Assembly: GCA_963665775.2 (NCBI GenBank)
Contig: CAXXTF010000002.1
Span: 256,001-320,000 of the forward strand
Length of the DNA: 64,000 nt
From: Dehalococcoidia bacterium
GTDB lineage: Bacteria > Chloroflexota > Dehalococcoidia > SM23-28-2 > RBG-16-64-32
Direction of reading: 5' to 3'
Part shown: piece by piece, positions 49,876 to 61,101 of the stretch
Position numbering within the stretch: the first letter of the stretch is position 1
Layout: every line of letters starts with the position of its first letter
The notes under the pieces: generated by a model
Database searches by the model: none
Told to the model about the DNA's origin: nothing
The model's input: the letters and a program-made list of their open reading frames with translations, nothing else
Program-made: the position numbers and the translations under genes

Positions 49876-51037
49876 TTAGATTGCAAGCTGAGCATCCCTC
49901 GGCCTCGCCTTGCCGCCATGCACCGACGGCTCAGCGCACCATTTGGCGGCCAAGCGGCGCACGGCTTCGTAGGTCTCCTCGTCGAAACCCAGGAGCTCGC
50001 GGACCACTCTTCGGTCCAGAAGAGCACGGTTGGGGTCGGTGTCCGCGAGGTATGCGGGCTTCAACTCCTTGTCCCGAAACTCGTCGAATATCATCTCCGC
50101 CATCACCAACTGCTCATCGCTCAGGGCACGGAAGTCCAGTACTGGGAGGGATTCGGCGGCGCGACTTGTAGTGGTCCCACGACCGGCATATTGTCTGTTG
50201 GAATGCCACCAGTGCATTAGTAATCCCAACGTGCTGTTGCTCCAGATAGAGAGCACAAGATCAAACCTCCTGTCCTCGAATTTCACAGTTGGCCACGCCC
50301 GACCACCGATACTCTCTCGCTCGGTGAAAGCCACTCCCAATGGTTGAGAGTTGAACCTGAAATCCAGATTGAGATGGGACCGACTGGAGGTTTCCCAAAG
50401 TGTTTGGGCTTTCGCTTCCATTCCCTGTCGGGTGACGAGTTGTGAATCAACCTCGCAAACCATCCGGGTTTCGTTCTTGGCGTTATGGCTCCATAGTGCT
50501 AGATACGTGGCTGTCGGGCTCGGTGCTGCCTGGTCGAAAGGGCCGCGGGGTCGTGGTCCCGTGATGTCTCGGTGATGCAGACCGGTTCGCGCGAAGTTGC
50601 CCAGCAATGTCATATTGATCCCGAAAGTAGAAGCATGACCAGGAAGCGATAGCTTCGCATCAGAGAGAGCGAATGCAGTTTGAGCAAGGGAAGCATCAGA
50701 TAACCGCACTGCACCACACGGGTCCCCGCTTTGCGGGAATGGGGCAGAGATAACCTCTCCTATCTTTTCCTCCCCGCTTATCAAGGGAGTCGCCCCATAG
50801 GGGCCATCTTCAATCCGCCTCACCGAGCCTAATGTGGCCATGGTCCTAGACACTTCGCTCGCTTGGATGAAGCCCGATGGCCGACGACTTAGAGACGCCA
50901 ATTGAACTCGCCGGTCTGGTGACTCGGAGGGTCTACACTTCCGGGCTATGATCAGGCACTCCGCCATGCCCGTATCCGCCGAGAACGCCAGATGGTCGTT
51001 TTCCGAAGCCGCGATGCTGACCACAGTAAGGTCGATA
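49876..51037 (-). pseudogene. C-terminal part of a type IIG restriction-modification enzyme, truncated by IS3
   Basis: FSADTGMAECLIIARK, IGGRAWP, WSNSTLGLL and DPNRALLD motifs; the 5' part is replaced by the IS. Confidence 0.7.
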
Positions 51038-51130
51038 TAGAGAAGTGGCTCCGGAAATCTGAACCGGGGGATAAGTGGGATCGCTGCCTGATTGAGGGCA
51101 TGATAGTGCTCTCGGAGACAGGAGCGAGAG

Positions 51131-51436
51131 ATGAGCAGACGACCCCGCCGTAACCACTCGGCAGAGTTCAAGGCGAAGGTGGCTCTTGCCGCAGTGCGCG
51201 GCGACCGGACACTTTCGGAGCTGGCAAGCCAGTTCGATGTGCACCCGAACCAGATCACGCAATGGAAGACCCAGTTGCTGGATCGGGCGGCGCAGTTATT
51301 TGGCGCCGGGATAGGGCAGGCTGAAAAGCCGGTAGATATGAAGGTCCTTCACGCTAAGATCGGTGAGCTTGCGTTGGAGAACGATTTTTTAGAGGCCGCG
51401 CTCACGAAGGCGGGATTGCCGGGCGCAAGGCGATGA
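51131..51436 (+). CDS. IS3 transposase OrfA
   Basis: RRNHSAEFKAKVAL...VHPNQITQWK...KIGELALENDFL. Confidence 0.9.
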   Translation: MSRRPRRNHSAEFKAKVALAAVRGDRTLSELASQFDVHPNQITQWKTQLLDRAAQLFGAGIGQAEKPVDMKVLHAKIGELALENDFLEAALTKAGLPGARR

Positions 51437-52270
51437 TCGACCGCGATCACAAGCTGCCTCTCGCCCGCCAGGCAAAGGCAGTGGGCATCAGCCGCGGGAG
51501 CATCTACTACCGGCCGCGGCCGGTGGGCGAAGCCGGTCTCGGACTGATGCGCCGCATCGATGAGCTGCACCTTGAGTATCCGTTTGCAGGCAGTAGGATG
51601 ATGCGAGGCCTGCTCCGCCAGGAGGGACTCTCCTCCGGGCGTAGACACATCGCCACACTGATGCGGCGGATGGGCATCGAGGCGCTGTACCGCGCTGTAC
51701 CGCAAGCCCAACACCAGCCGGCGACGCCCCGGCCATACTGTGTATCCGTACCTGCTGCGCGGACTTGAGGTGAGCAGGCCCAACCAGGTGTGGGCAATGG
51801 ACATCACGTACATTCCGATGGCCAGGGGGTTCGTGTACCTAGCCGCAGTGATGGACTGGCATAGCCGCAAGGTGCTGGCCTGGCGGGTATCGGTCACAAT
51901 AGACACAGGCTTCTGCGTGGAGGCGCTCGAAGAATCCCTGGGACGCCACGGCGCGCCGGAGATATTCAACACAGATCAGGGAAGCCAGTTCACAAGTGAC
52001 GCCTTCACCGGCCTGCTGAAAGCCAATGGGATCCAGATCAGCATGGACGGGAGGGGAGGCTGGAAGGATAATGTGTTCGTCGAACGGCTGTGGAAGAGCG
52101 TCAAGTACGAGGAGGTGTACCTGAGAGCCTACGAATCGGTCCCGGAAGCCAGAACTGGACTCGGGCGGTACTTCGAGTTTTACAATGCCGGACGGCCCCA
52201 TTCGAGCCTTGGGGGAATGACGCCGGACCAGTTCTTTGACAGAGTGCCTGCCGAGTCCGAGGCGGCCTAA
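51433..52270 (+). pseudogene. IS3 transposase OrfB, frameshifted by a 10-bp tandem duplication
   Basis: WAMDITY, NTDQGSQF and VERLWKSVKYE DDE motifs; GCGCTGTACC x2 at 51682-51701. Confidence 0.85.
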
Positions 52271-52674
52271 CGCACGGCAGCGCGATTCCACTTATCAAAC
52301 CGGGCAGCGCTGTTCAGACAAACGAGACCACCTCTAACAGTATATCTGAAGGAGAAGAGAGCCACCCTTCCAGCAACGCAACATCCAACCCCAAGGCCTC
52401 AGCATGACGACTCATTGTCATATCTTCCTCCAAATGATTGCCTGCAGCGACGTGCCGCGTTGTATCTAATCTATCGGCATATGCCCTATGCCGCAAACGA
52501 TTGATCCGGGGTCTGTTAGCCCGACTCAGACGGTCATCAAGCTTCTTCGTCCGCTGCCTTAATCGAATCCCTTCCTCGGTTTCATTCCCACCAATAGGGA
52601 CCTCTATGCTTTCGTTTCGGAACAGACGATACCGACCCCAGGCCGACGCCGAAGATGGTTTCTTGGGCCTGATT

Positions 52675-53454
52675 CTAGCCTGTCAGCCATAACGTTCCGT
52701 TTCGCTTCGACTGTGCCTCAATAAGGCGAAAGATTAGGGCTCCGATGGCTGCATAGGACAGTCCGACTGCGAGCTCCATTAGAAGATCATCTCCCACGCT
52801 TCTGACATTTGCCCCCTGAATGGATTCTCGCAGTGCCGCTAGGCCGTGCGTGAGGGGCAAGGCGTGCCCGGACTCGCTCAATATCCCCGGCAGTTCGTCC
52901 CTGGGAATGACTACGCCTGTGAGCACCAGAGTCAGCCCAAGGCTGATTCCGAGCGAGTTGTTCCAGTTCCTAAACATCACCGCGAACATACTTACGAAGA
53001 GTGCGAAGCCGGTGCTGGCCACTCCTATCAGTAGGATCGAGCTTGACATGGCGAGCCAATCCGGAGACATATCCAGGTCGAGCAGGAGCCAGGCGACCAG
53101 CAGGCTCGTGGCCACGCTCATGAGTCCATTGGGCAGATGCAGCGCGCCCCTGCTGAAGAAGTTTGTCGTGCGGTTGACGGCGGAACCGAATAAAAAGGGC
53201 AGGGTGCCGAAGGCTCGATCATAGAAGAAGGACTGGGTGACCCCGGCGAGTATGATCGAGACGATTGAGTAGGCGGCCATCCCAACCATGTACTCCTGCG
53301 CCTCAGCGGAGCTGCGTGTGAACCTCCCAAGAATAGCGAACATCACGACGAACAGCACGGGTCGAAGAAAGACGTTGGAGATGTAAGCGGGCCAGCTCAG
53401 CCACGTGAAGAGGCCCTTATAACAGTAGTAGGCTTGAGCCAGGTAACTCGTCAT
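52675..53454 (-). CDS. ABC-2 type transporter permease
   Basis: Six TM helices; LTGVVIP...LPLTHG. Confidence 0.85.
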   Translation of the reverse strand: MTSYLAQAYYCYKGLFTWLSWPAYISNVFLRPVLFVVMFAILGRFTRSSAEAQEYMVGMAAYSIVSIILAGVTQSFFYDRAFGTLPFLFGSAVNRTTNFFSRGALHLPNGLMSVATSLLVAWLLLDLDMSPDWLAMSSSILLIGVASTGFALFVSMFAVMFRNWNNSLGISLGLTLVLTGVVIPRDELPGILSESGHALPLTHGLAALRESIQGANVRSVGDDLLMELAVGLSYAAIGALIFRLIEAQSKRNGTLWLTG

Positions 53455-53466
53455 CAGAATAAGACA

Positions 53467-53787
53467 TCAATAGGTGCTGAGGATTCCGGTGACCCGAACC
53501 CGCTCCTCAACCTTCCTGAACATGAGATAGATCAGCATCAGATAAGCTCCTGTTAGGGCAAGCCCAGCACCCCAATCCCCGATTATGCGGAGTGTGTCTC
53601 CACCTTCTACCGAGCGGATGGCGGCGTCCATCGCCCATGAGGTGGGCAGAAACCGGCCGACTATCTCAAGGCCATCAGGCAGACGGGTGATCGGGTAGAG
53701 AAACCCGCTAAAGGTCACCCCAAAAGGCGTAATGGCGTTGAAGAAGCCGGACCTCCCACCTACCAAGACCATAAGGGGCGCGAACAT
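53467..53787 (-). pseudogene. ABC-2 permease, C-terminal fragment
   Basis: FSGFLYPITRLP...FLPTSWA; N-terminus absent. Confidence 0.7.
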
Positions 53788-54188
53788 GAAACGGATCTGT
53801 CAGATTTCGGGGTCCAGGCGTGGCCGGGACCGTAATCTTGGCCTCACGACGCCTGCCTTCAGATTCGGAGCGGGTCGGTTTCTCGCCCTCCAGCATGCCA
53901 CGATAGGGCTCAAGCCCTGAGATCTGACAGAACCGGTCGCCTCCGCGCTGGAACGGCTGGCCGGCAATCTGGCGGCAGAGATGGAGAGCAGGGACTGACA
54001 GTGGCCGCTTCGTGGTGGCGACCGCCGCGCCTTCATAGCGCGGCTCAGGCTGGTGAGATCGTGCTTCCAGCGAGGGAGAAGCTGATACGGCCTGGCGAGG
54101 GGATCTGTAAAGGGCATTGAAATCGACTTCCGCCTCTTATACTCTCACACCTGGACTACTATATCGGGTCGTGATGCTGGAGGATGCC

Positions 54189-56614
54189 ATGACGCTTGCT
54201 TGTGACGGCCTGAGGGTCCTGGACCTCGGCCAGGGATATGGGGCCATCCCGGGGATGATCCTGGCCGACTACGGGGCTCAGGTCACCAAAGTGGAGCCCC
54301 CCGGGGGAGAGACGTTTCGACATCTGCCTGCTTTCCTCCAGTGGAATCGGGGGAAGAAGAGCGTTGTCCTGGACCTGAAGACGGAGGAGGGCCGCCAGGC
54401 GGCCCAGGCCCTGGCCAGAGAGAGCGACGTAGTCATAGAGAACTTCCGGCCCGGGGTAGCCGAGCGGTTGGGCCTGGGCTACGAGGGGCTAGCTCAGGGG
54501 AACCGAGGGCTGGTCTACCTCTCGATCTCGGCCTTTGGTCAGAAGGGCAAGTACCGCCATTATAAAGGGTACGAGGGGATCGTTTCGGCCAAGTGTGGCC
54601 AGCATCTGCTGCAGTGCGGCTATCGCGGTTGGGCCTGGGACGATCCCCACTACGATGCCGTGTTCAAGTGCAGCTTCGGGTCGGCGATGCCGTGTTCAAG
54701 TGCAGCTTCGGGTCGGCGATCCAGGGGCTCATCGGCATCCTGGCTGCCCTCCACCTGAGAGACGAGGCCGGGGTGGGCCAGAAGGTGGAATCCACGATGG
54801 TTCAGGCCCTTTACGTCTACTCCTACGGCGGCATCCGCTTTCTCGACGATCCCGCCTTCTACCACCGTCTGGGTGGCGACCAGGGCAGGGACCCTCGAAA
54901 CAATATCAACCCAGGGTTCCGGATCGCCCAGTGTGCAGACGGGAAGTGGATTCAGTCGGGGAGTGCGTTGGGACGCATCTTCGATAACATGATGAGGGCG
55001 CTCGGCATCGAGGAGTATTTCACGGACCCCCGGTTCGAGGGCAGCTGGATTCCCCTTGCCGACGAGGACAAAGCCTATCTTATCTCCCGGGTAGATGAGG
55101 CCTACAAGACCAAGCCCCTGGAGGAGTGGGTCAGGATCTTCGACGAGCAGGATGTGGGCTATGCGCTCTTTGCCACTACCCAGGAGTTCATGGACTACCC
55201 CCAGCTGCTCCACAACGGCCACGTCATCGAGGTGGACGACCCCACGGTGGGGAGGATGAAGCAGGTCGGTCCGCTGGTGAAGTTCGTGGGGCAGGAGTGG
55301 AAGTTCCCGGGCCCGGCTCCGCAACTGGGCCAGCACACAAGGGAGGTGTTGGCCCGGGTTGAGCGCATAGCTCCGGCTGCTACCGCCCACGGCGCTGAGC
55401 CAGGCGCGGAGGTGAACGCCTCGCGCTTAGGGCCCCTCGCTGAAGGAGCCTTGAACGGCGTCACAGTAATCGACCTCTCTACTTATGCGGCGGCGCCCGG
55501 TGGCCCGGGGATCCTAAGGGACCTGGGGGCCCGGGTCATCAAGGTAGAACCGCCTGAGGGCGAGCCTATGAGCGGCAGTCTGGGGGACCTCTTCTTCCGG
55601 ATTCATCGGGGCAAGGAGCGAATCTGCCTCGACCTCAAGACTCCTGAGGGTAGAGAGATCCTGTACCAGCTTGTGGCTGGGGCCGACATCTTCGTCCACA
55701 ACTTTCGGCCTGGGGTGCCGGAGCGGCTAGGCCTGGACTACGAGGCCCTGAGGAAGGTCAACCCCCGCCTGGTCTACCTCTATGCAGCGGCCTTCGGATC
55801 CAGCGGGCCCGACGCCCGTCGGCCGGCGTTCGACCCGGTTGTCTCAGCTATGGCGGGCGCCCAAATCCTCCAGGCAGGTGAAGGTAATCCGCCCCAGGAC
55901 AAGCGTGTCAGCGACCACAGCGCCTATATGGGGGTGGCGGTGGCCGCGCTCTTGGGCCTGCAGGCCCGTGCGCGGAGCGGCGAGGGCCAATGCATGGAGA
56001 CCACCATGCTGTGCAGCGCTGCCTATCTATTCTCCGACGACTTCTTGCGCTACGGGGGCAAGCCGCCCCGGCCCACTCCCGACAAGGGACAGTACGGTCT
56101 GGGCTCCCTGTACCGCCTGTACCGGGCCGAAGAGGGGTGGCTGTTCCTGGCCGTCCTCACGGACGAGGAGTGGTCGGCCTTTTGCCAGGCGGTGGATCAC
56201 CCTGACTGGCGGGATGATCCTCGCTTCTCCAGCAAGGGGGAGCGAAAGGCCCATGATGAGGAGCTGACCGGCCTGTTGGAGCGGCTGTTCAAGGAGCGGG
56301 GCGCCCAGGAATGGGAGGAGCTGCTTCAGGCCAGGGATGTTGCCTGCGCTGTGGCCAGTGGAACGTGGCCCGATTTCCTCTTCGATGATTGGGACGGGGG
56401 GGACCCGCAGTGCACGGTTGCTTATAGCTACCCGGGGATAGGGCAGATGAGGCATTCGGGCATGAAGGTGTCGCTGCTGAAGACTCCGGGCAAGATCGGA
56501 TCGCCGCAGGTTCTGGGGGAGTCCACCAGGGCGGTGCTGGCGAAGTTGGGGTACAGCCCGGACCAGATGGACGATCTGAGGGCGAGGAACGTGGTCGCCT
56601 GGAAGGAGGCGTGA
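54189..56614 (+). pseudogene. Double-domain CaiB/BaiF (family III) CoA-transferase, frameshifted by a 32-bp duplication
   Basis: Two sets of LADYGAQVTKVEPP/NRGKKS/ENFRPG motifs; tandem duplication at 54653-54716. Confidence 0.88.
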
Positions 56615-56784
56615 ACGTCGGGGCTGGGTGAGGTGCCGGCAATACGCCCGCGCCACGGGCCGTCAACCGGGGCTGGTCCAATAGCGCACACTAAGCAGAC
56701 TTAGTGTGCCGTGGGGTGCCGAAATTCCAGGCGTGTCTGGAGGGGGTTATGCCTCTCCCACAGGATTGAGCGAACTGCTCTTCC

Positions 56785-57570
56785 CTACGGGCGCTTTATC
56801 CCTGCCAGGGTGACGCCGCGGGTGTCAAAATCCTTGGCGTCCGACTCATGCTTGGAGCCGGAGAAGACATCGACCTCCGGGCCCCAGAGGATGTCCGTAA
56901 ATCCAACATGCTCAAGGACCCAACGCCACTCTGCTTCCAGCAGAGCACCGGCAATTCAGCCAGACCAAAGATCGATATCGTCCTTAGCGTCCTGAGGGAC
57001 CTCTTGGTGGACAACGATATCTGCGATCTGGAAACGGGCGCCGGACTTGAGGACGCGGTTGACCTCCTGCATGACCGCCACCTTGTCGGGGCAAAGGTTG
57101 ATGACGCCGTTGCTGATAACGACATCGATAGTCCCGTCGTCCGCGGGGAGCGCTTCGGCCAGACCAGGGCGGAAGTTGACGTTCGTCAGGCCCGCTTGTC
57201 GGGCGCTCTCGGCGGCCTTATCGAGCATGGCAGGGGTCATATCCACGGCGATCACCCGCCCGCTAGGTCCAACTTGGCGGGCGGCGATCAGTGTATCGAT
57301 GCCCGCGCCGCAGCCGATGTCGAGGACGGTCTCACCGGGGTGAAGTTCGCCCATGGAGAAGGGATTACCGGTGCCGGCGAAGGACTCGACCGTGGCGGGA
57401 GGAAGGGACGCGACGAGGGTGGGGTCGTAGCCGAGCATGCTAGCGAGGGGACGGCCCGTATGAAAGTGGAAGCCCTTCTCGGGTGTGAGGGCTACCTCGG
57501 CGTACTTATCGCTGATCTGAGACCGCAGCGCCTCAGCGTCGACACGTGCAGCCCGAACCTCATTGGCCAT
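56785..57570 (-). CDS. Arsenite methyltransferase (ArsM)-like SAM methyltransferase, selenoprotein with Sec at the UGA 56956-56958
   Basis: SFAGTGNP, VLDIGCGAG, VISNGVINLCPDK; LWSG-UGA-IAGAL matches the WxxCIAGAL motif; 56 further in-frame sense codons; SECIS hairpin. Confidence 0.85.
56929..56955 (-). promoter_or_regulatory. Bacterial SECIS element
   Basis: UGA-AUUGCCGGUG-CUCUGC-UGGAA-GCAGAG: 6-bp stem with a G-containing loop starting 16 nt after the UGA. Confidence 0.75.
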
Positions 57571-57769
57571 GGCCAACTGCCTTGCTGGGTTTAACCTGGT
57601 GGGGTCTAAGCTTAGCACCGACGACCGATGGGATCAATCTTAAAGAGCCTGCGTGGGGACGGATTGCAGGCTCTGTCACTAGACGTCACGACCCACTATC
57701 GACAGACTCTGACTCAGGGGCGGCGGATATGGGCGAGGCGGCTACACGATGAAGTTATAATCTACCTTC

Positions 57770-57870
57770 GACGGGAGTGCGCTAAGGGTTCTCTCGCCGG
57801 CTACCATCCGAAGCAAGGAAGATCACCCGGCTAAGCGATTCCCGCTGGCCTCGGGGCGCTAAACTCCGTC
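57770..57870 (+). ncRNA. Candidate ~100-nt rod-shaped structured RNA
   Basis: Begins 8 nt after TATAAT (57756); 5' GACGGGAGTGCGC pairs with 3' GCGCTAAACTCCGTC; inner TCGC/GCGA and CCGG stems. Confidence 0.35.
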
Positions 57871-58135
57871 TATTCAGACTGAGGATTGATCTCAGGAATG
57901 GGATTCGGCTCGACATGGAAGCTTGGCAGCCAATTTAGCCACGACGGGAAGTACCAATTGGTCTTCCCCAGCAGCTGCATGCTTGCCGGCACCAAGATTG
58001 AACGAACTATGGTGGCGTCTGCCAGGATCGCCACGCCGAGCCCGAAGCCCATCTGCTCGAACATTACGAGCTTTCCACTGGCGAACCCGCCAAACACGGC
58101 AACCATTATCAGAGCCGCGCCGGTGATGAGCCTAC
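57870..58135 (-). pseudogene. MMPL/RND transporter C-terminal fragment
   Basis: GRLITGAALIMVAVFGGF...DATIVRSILVPASMQLLG..NWYFP, joined directly to the birA stop. Confidence 0.8.
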
Positions 58136-58905
58136 CCGGAGAGCGAGGCCTCGTCGCCGGAGACAGCATGAATGGTGCCGGCTTCGTCACGCACCAAGAG
58201 GCGGCCGCTGCTATCGATATCCTGCGCGATACCCTGTAGCGCCCCATGTCGACGGTGCACCACGACTCGGTTCCCAAGAGTATCGATCACCTCTCGCCAT
58301 CGCGCAGCGACATCGCCGCCCTGGACCCACTCCGCGTACCCCGCGTCTAGGCGCCGGAGCACCGCCAGAGCTGCGGATTCGGGATCGACGTACACTCCAG
58401 TCTCCGCCAGATGGCTCGTGGCGATATCATTGATTTCGGGGTGCCGGTCCAGGTCCAGCTTTAGGTTCAGCCCGATGCCAGCGACCATGGCAGTGGCACC
58501 AGACGGATCCGGCTGGCTCTCCACGAGGACGCCTCCCAGCTTCTTCCCTTCATGGTGCAGATCATTTGGCCACTTCACGGCTTCAAGGGCGCCAGTGAGG
58601 TCCTGGATCGCCCGGTGCGCTGCGAGCGTGGCGACCATGGTCAGCGCGGACACTTCGATCGCTGTGGAGGGCCGTAGGATCACCGATAGCAGGAGGGAGT
58701 CGCCCCTGTCCGAAACCCAGCGCCGGGCGAAGCGTCCACGGCCGTTGGATTGGAACATCGCTTGCACCGCCGTCCCATGCTCGGCTCCCTCGCCCACGAG
58801 CGCCCACGCGACATCCATCGTCGAGGTCACCTGGTCGTAGCCCTTAAGTGTTCGGCCGATGACGAGGGCGGGGTATGAACGTCTCCAGGCTGGTTCCGGA
58901 TCCAT
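58132..58905 (-). CDS. birA: Biotin--protein ligase
   Basis: STM, QSNGRGRFARRW, VKWPND, KKLGGVL and GIGLN motifs. Confidence 0.92.
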   Translation of the reverse strand: MDPEPAWRRSYPALVIGRTLKGYDQVTSTMDVAWALVGEGAEHGTAVQAMFQSNGRGRFARRWVSDRGDSLLLSVILRPSTAIEVSALTMVATLAAHRAIQDLTGALEAVKWPNDLHHEGKKLGGVLVESQPDPSGATAMVAGIGLNLKLDLDRHPEINDIATSHLAETGVYVDPESAALAVLRRLDAGYAEWVQGGDVAARWREVIDTLGNRVVVHRRHGALQGIAQDIDSSGRLLVRDEAGTIHAVSGDEASLSG

Positions 58906-59419
58906 CGCGGAGCAGTTTATAGACCCTGACCCTGCGTGTCAAACCGGGGTTTGATTGTCAGCCTCCTCACCGGAGCCTGTCTCGACGTGCTCGAAGGTCG
59001 GGTCCGCTTGAGTTCTTGCGCTGAGGCGCATGGAGAGCGGAGGCTTCGATCTGGCACCGTTAAGAGAGGTCGGGGACGTGATGGGCTCTATTAAACGCTA
59101 CCACACGCTACGTTTGTGGAGCTATGGCCGGCGAGCGCTGGTCCACGCGCACTTGAGAATAGAGGGCTGACAGCGAGTGCCGGGCGATTAGTGAGGGCAC
59201 CCTATCTCTGTGTGAGTCTAGCAGCGCTGTCCGCCACACGCTAGCAACACGATCGACACATAGTGTGTGTTCGCTGGGGTGCCTGCAACGTCTTGCGTGT
59301 GATCCGCTTGGGGGTCCGTCTCCTAGAGCTAAGTGCTCGGGCAATTAGCTGCGTCCCGATCCTGGAAACCGCTGCCGCTCGATATCGCTCGGATTATCCC
59401 GTGGTAGAATCGGGCCATT

Positions 59420-60724
59420 GTGGGAGACCGTGAGGAGATTCCCGTCCCCGCAACCGGGCAGCGCCATCTCGTCTTGGAGCCCCTGGGCACCCTGCGGCAT
59501 CGGGACTTCCGCCTGCTGTGGATGGGAACGCTGGCCTTAAGCAGCACCAACGTATTCCAGTTCTTCGCTATCGGCCTGCTTATACAAGAGCATTTCCCTC
59601 GCGTTCTGGGCCCCTCTTTCCCGGTGCTTTTGATACTGGGGGTCGTCGGCTTCATACGGGGCGCTGGTATGGTCATATTCACACTCCTGGGCGGTGTCCT
59701 CGCTGACCGTTACGACCGTCGAAACCTGGCCCTGATCACCCAGGGCGTCTCCGTTATCTTGATAGGGCTGTTCAGCCTCCTTCTTGCCCTGGGCTCGATT
59801 CAGCTGTGGCAGGTCCTATTACTGGTGTTTGCCACCTCCGCCGGCACTTCGTTCGGCCTGCCGGCCCGGCAAGCTCTATTGCCCCAGTTGGTGGAGCGGC
59901 GAGAGGTTCCGAGCGCGGTGGCCCTGTTCACGGCTGCCGTGCAGTCCTCCATTACCTACTCTTCCTTTCTCGCCGGCTGGTCTCTGGGAACTTTGGGCAT
60001 CGCCGCCACCTTCGCACTGAGCGGGGTGGGCAACGCCATCCTCTTCCTGGCCCTAATGTTCATGCGCCACAGGGGTGCAGGAGCGGCCGACTCCAGACAG
60101 CCGGGGATGCTTCTCCAGGTTCGCGAGGGGTTTCGCTACGGCCGCCGCAACCACACCGTCCTGGGCATCCTGATCGTGGTCTTCACGTTGAGCGCCGTCG
60201 GACTGTCGACGGTCGCCAACCTGACGCCCAACTGGATGTTTAGCGTCATGGACGTGAGCCCCACCACCTGGGGACTGCTGGCCACCATGTGGGGCGTCGG
60301 TAGCCTGGTTGCTGCTTACGGGATTTTGGCCTATCTTCGCCAATCGCGTCTCAGCGGACGGGTCTTCCTCGGCGCTTCTCTCTTCTTCTCCGTAATGCTC
60401 ATCGTCTGGGGCCTCAACCGCTCCGTTCTGGGATTGGGTGTGGTGCAGTTCACTATGGGCGGCAGCTACAGCGTCGTCTTGATCATAGGCGCCGCCATCA
60501 TCCAGACCCAGGTGCCCGATGAGATCCGGGGCCGGGTGATGTCCGTCTTCAACCTGGGCCAAGCCCTCTCGATGATCAACGGAATCACCGTGGGTGGCTT
60601 CGCTCAGGGAGTCGGAATTACCACGGCCTGGCCCCTCCTCGGAATCGTCCTCACGGTGGCCGTTATCGCTGGAGCCATCGCCTTGCCCCGCCTGCGCCAG
60701 GGCACTACCACAGGTCCCCCGTGA
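59420..60724 (+). CDS. MFS transporter
   Basis: LRHRDFRLLW, GGVLADRYDRR and VPDEIRGRVMS; about 12 TM helices. Confidence 0.9.
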   Translation: MGDREEIPVPATGQRHLVLEPLGTLRHRDFRLLWMGTLALSSTNVFQFFAIGLLIQEHFPRVLGPSFPVLLILGVVGFIRGAGMVIFTLLGGVLADRYDRRNLALITQGVSVILIGLFSLLLALGSIQLWQVLLLVFATSAGTSFGLPARQALLPQLVERREVPSAVALFTAAVQSSITYSSFLAGWSLGTLGIAATFALSGVGNAILFLALMFMRHRGAGAADSRQPGMLLQVREGFRYGRRNHTVLGILIVVFTLSAVGLSTVANLTPNWMFSVMDVSPTTWGLLATMWGVGSLVAAYGILAYLRQSRLSGRVFLGASLFFSVMLIVWGLNRSVLGLGVVQFTMGGSYSVVLIIGAAIIQTQVPDEIRGRVMSVFNLGQALSMINGITVGGFAQGVGITTAWPLLGIVLTVAVIAGAIALPRLRQGTTTGPP

Positions 60725-61101
60725 CCGTGCCGAAGCTAAAGCGCCGTGACATGCGGTCTAGTGGCAAGCAAGAGCGGCCTCGGCCATATACCACGTCGTG
60801 TGCGAGAAGCGCTCGGGCTCCAGCTGGCAGATGGCGTAGGCACAGAAGACGCGGTCTCGTTCCAGACGAGGCAGGACCCGCGAGGCCTCGGTGAGCTGTC
60901 GGATGCGGTAGGTGACGTCGCCTTTGGTCGCCACCTCGGCAGGAGGCGCGTCATTCTCCATGCCGTCGATTGTAACTTAGCCGGTCGTCGAATGCGGCCC
61001 GGTGCGCCTTGGCCTACGGTTTTTCGGCCGAAGCATCACCGTGGCCGGTATACCTAGGTCTTGTAGGCTGCTCGCTTCTCTTAGCGCCCGAACGGTCGCA
61101 C

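Larger units (their letters stand above)
51036..52339 (+). mobile_element. IS3-family insertion sequence (~1.3 kb)
   Basis: Imperfect TIRs (AGTGG-9-TCTGAAC / GTTCAGA-9-CCACCT) enclosing orfA and orfB; exact ends uncertain by a few bp. Confidence 0.85.

Noticed and set aside
54653-54716. 32-bp direct repeat resembling a CRISPR repeat
   Set aside because: Only two adjacent copies with no spacer, inside coding sequence; no cas genes in the window.
58956-59172. TGTCAGCC...GGCTGACA inverted ends suggesting a MITE
   Set aside because: Only an 8-bp match, no target duplication and no second copy in the window.
60758-60961. Short ORF resembling the N-terminus of a GNAT-like protein
   Set aside because: Truncated, and the family cannot be supported from the sequence alone.
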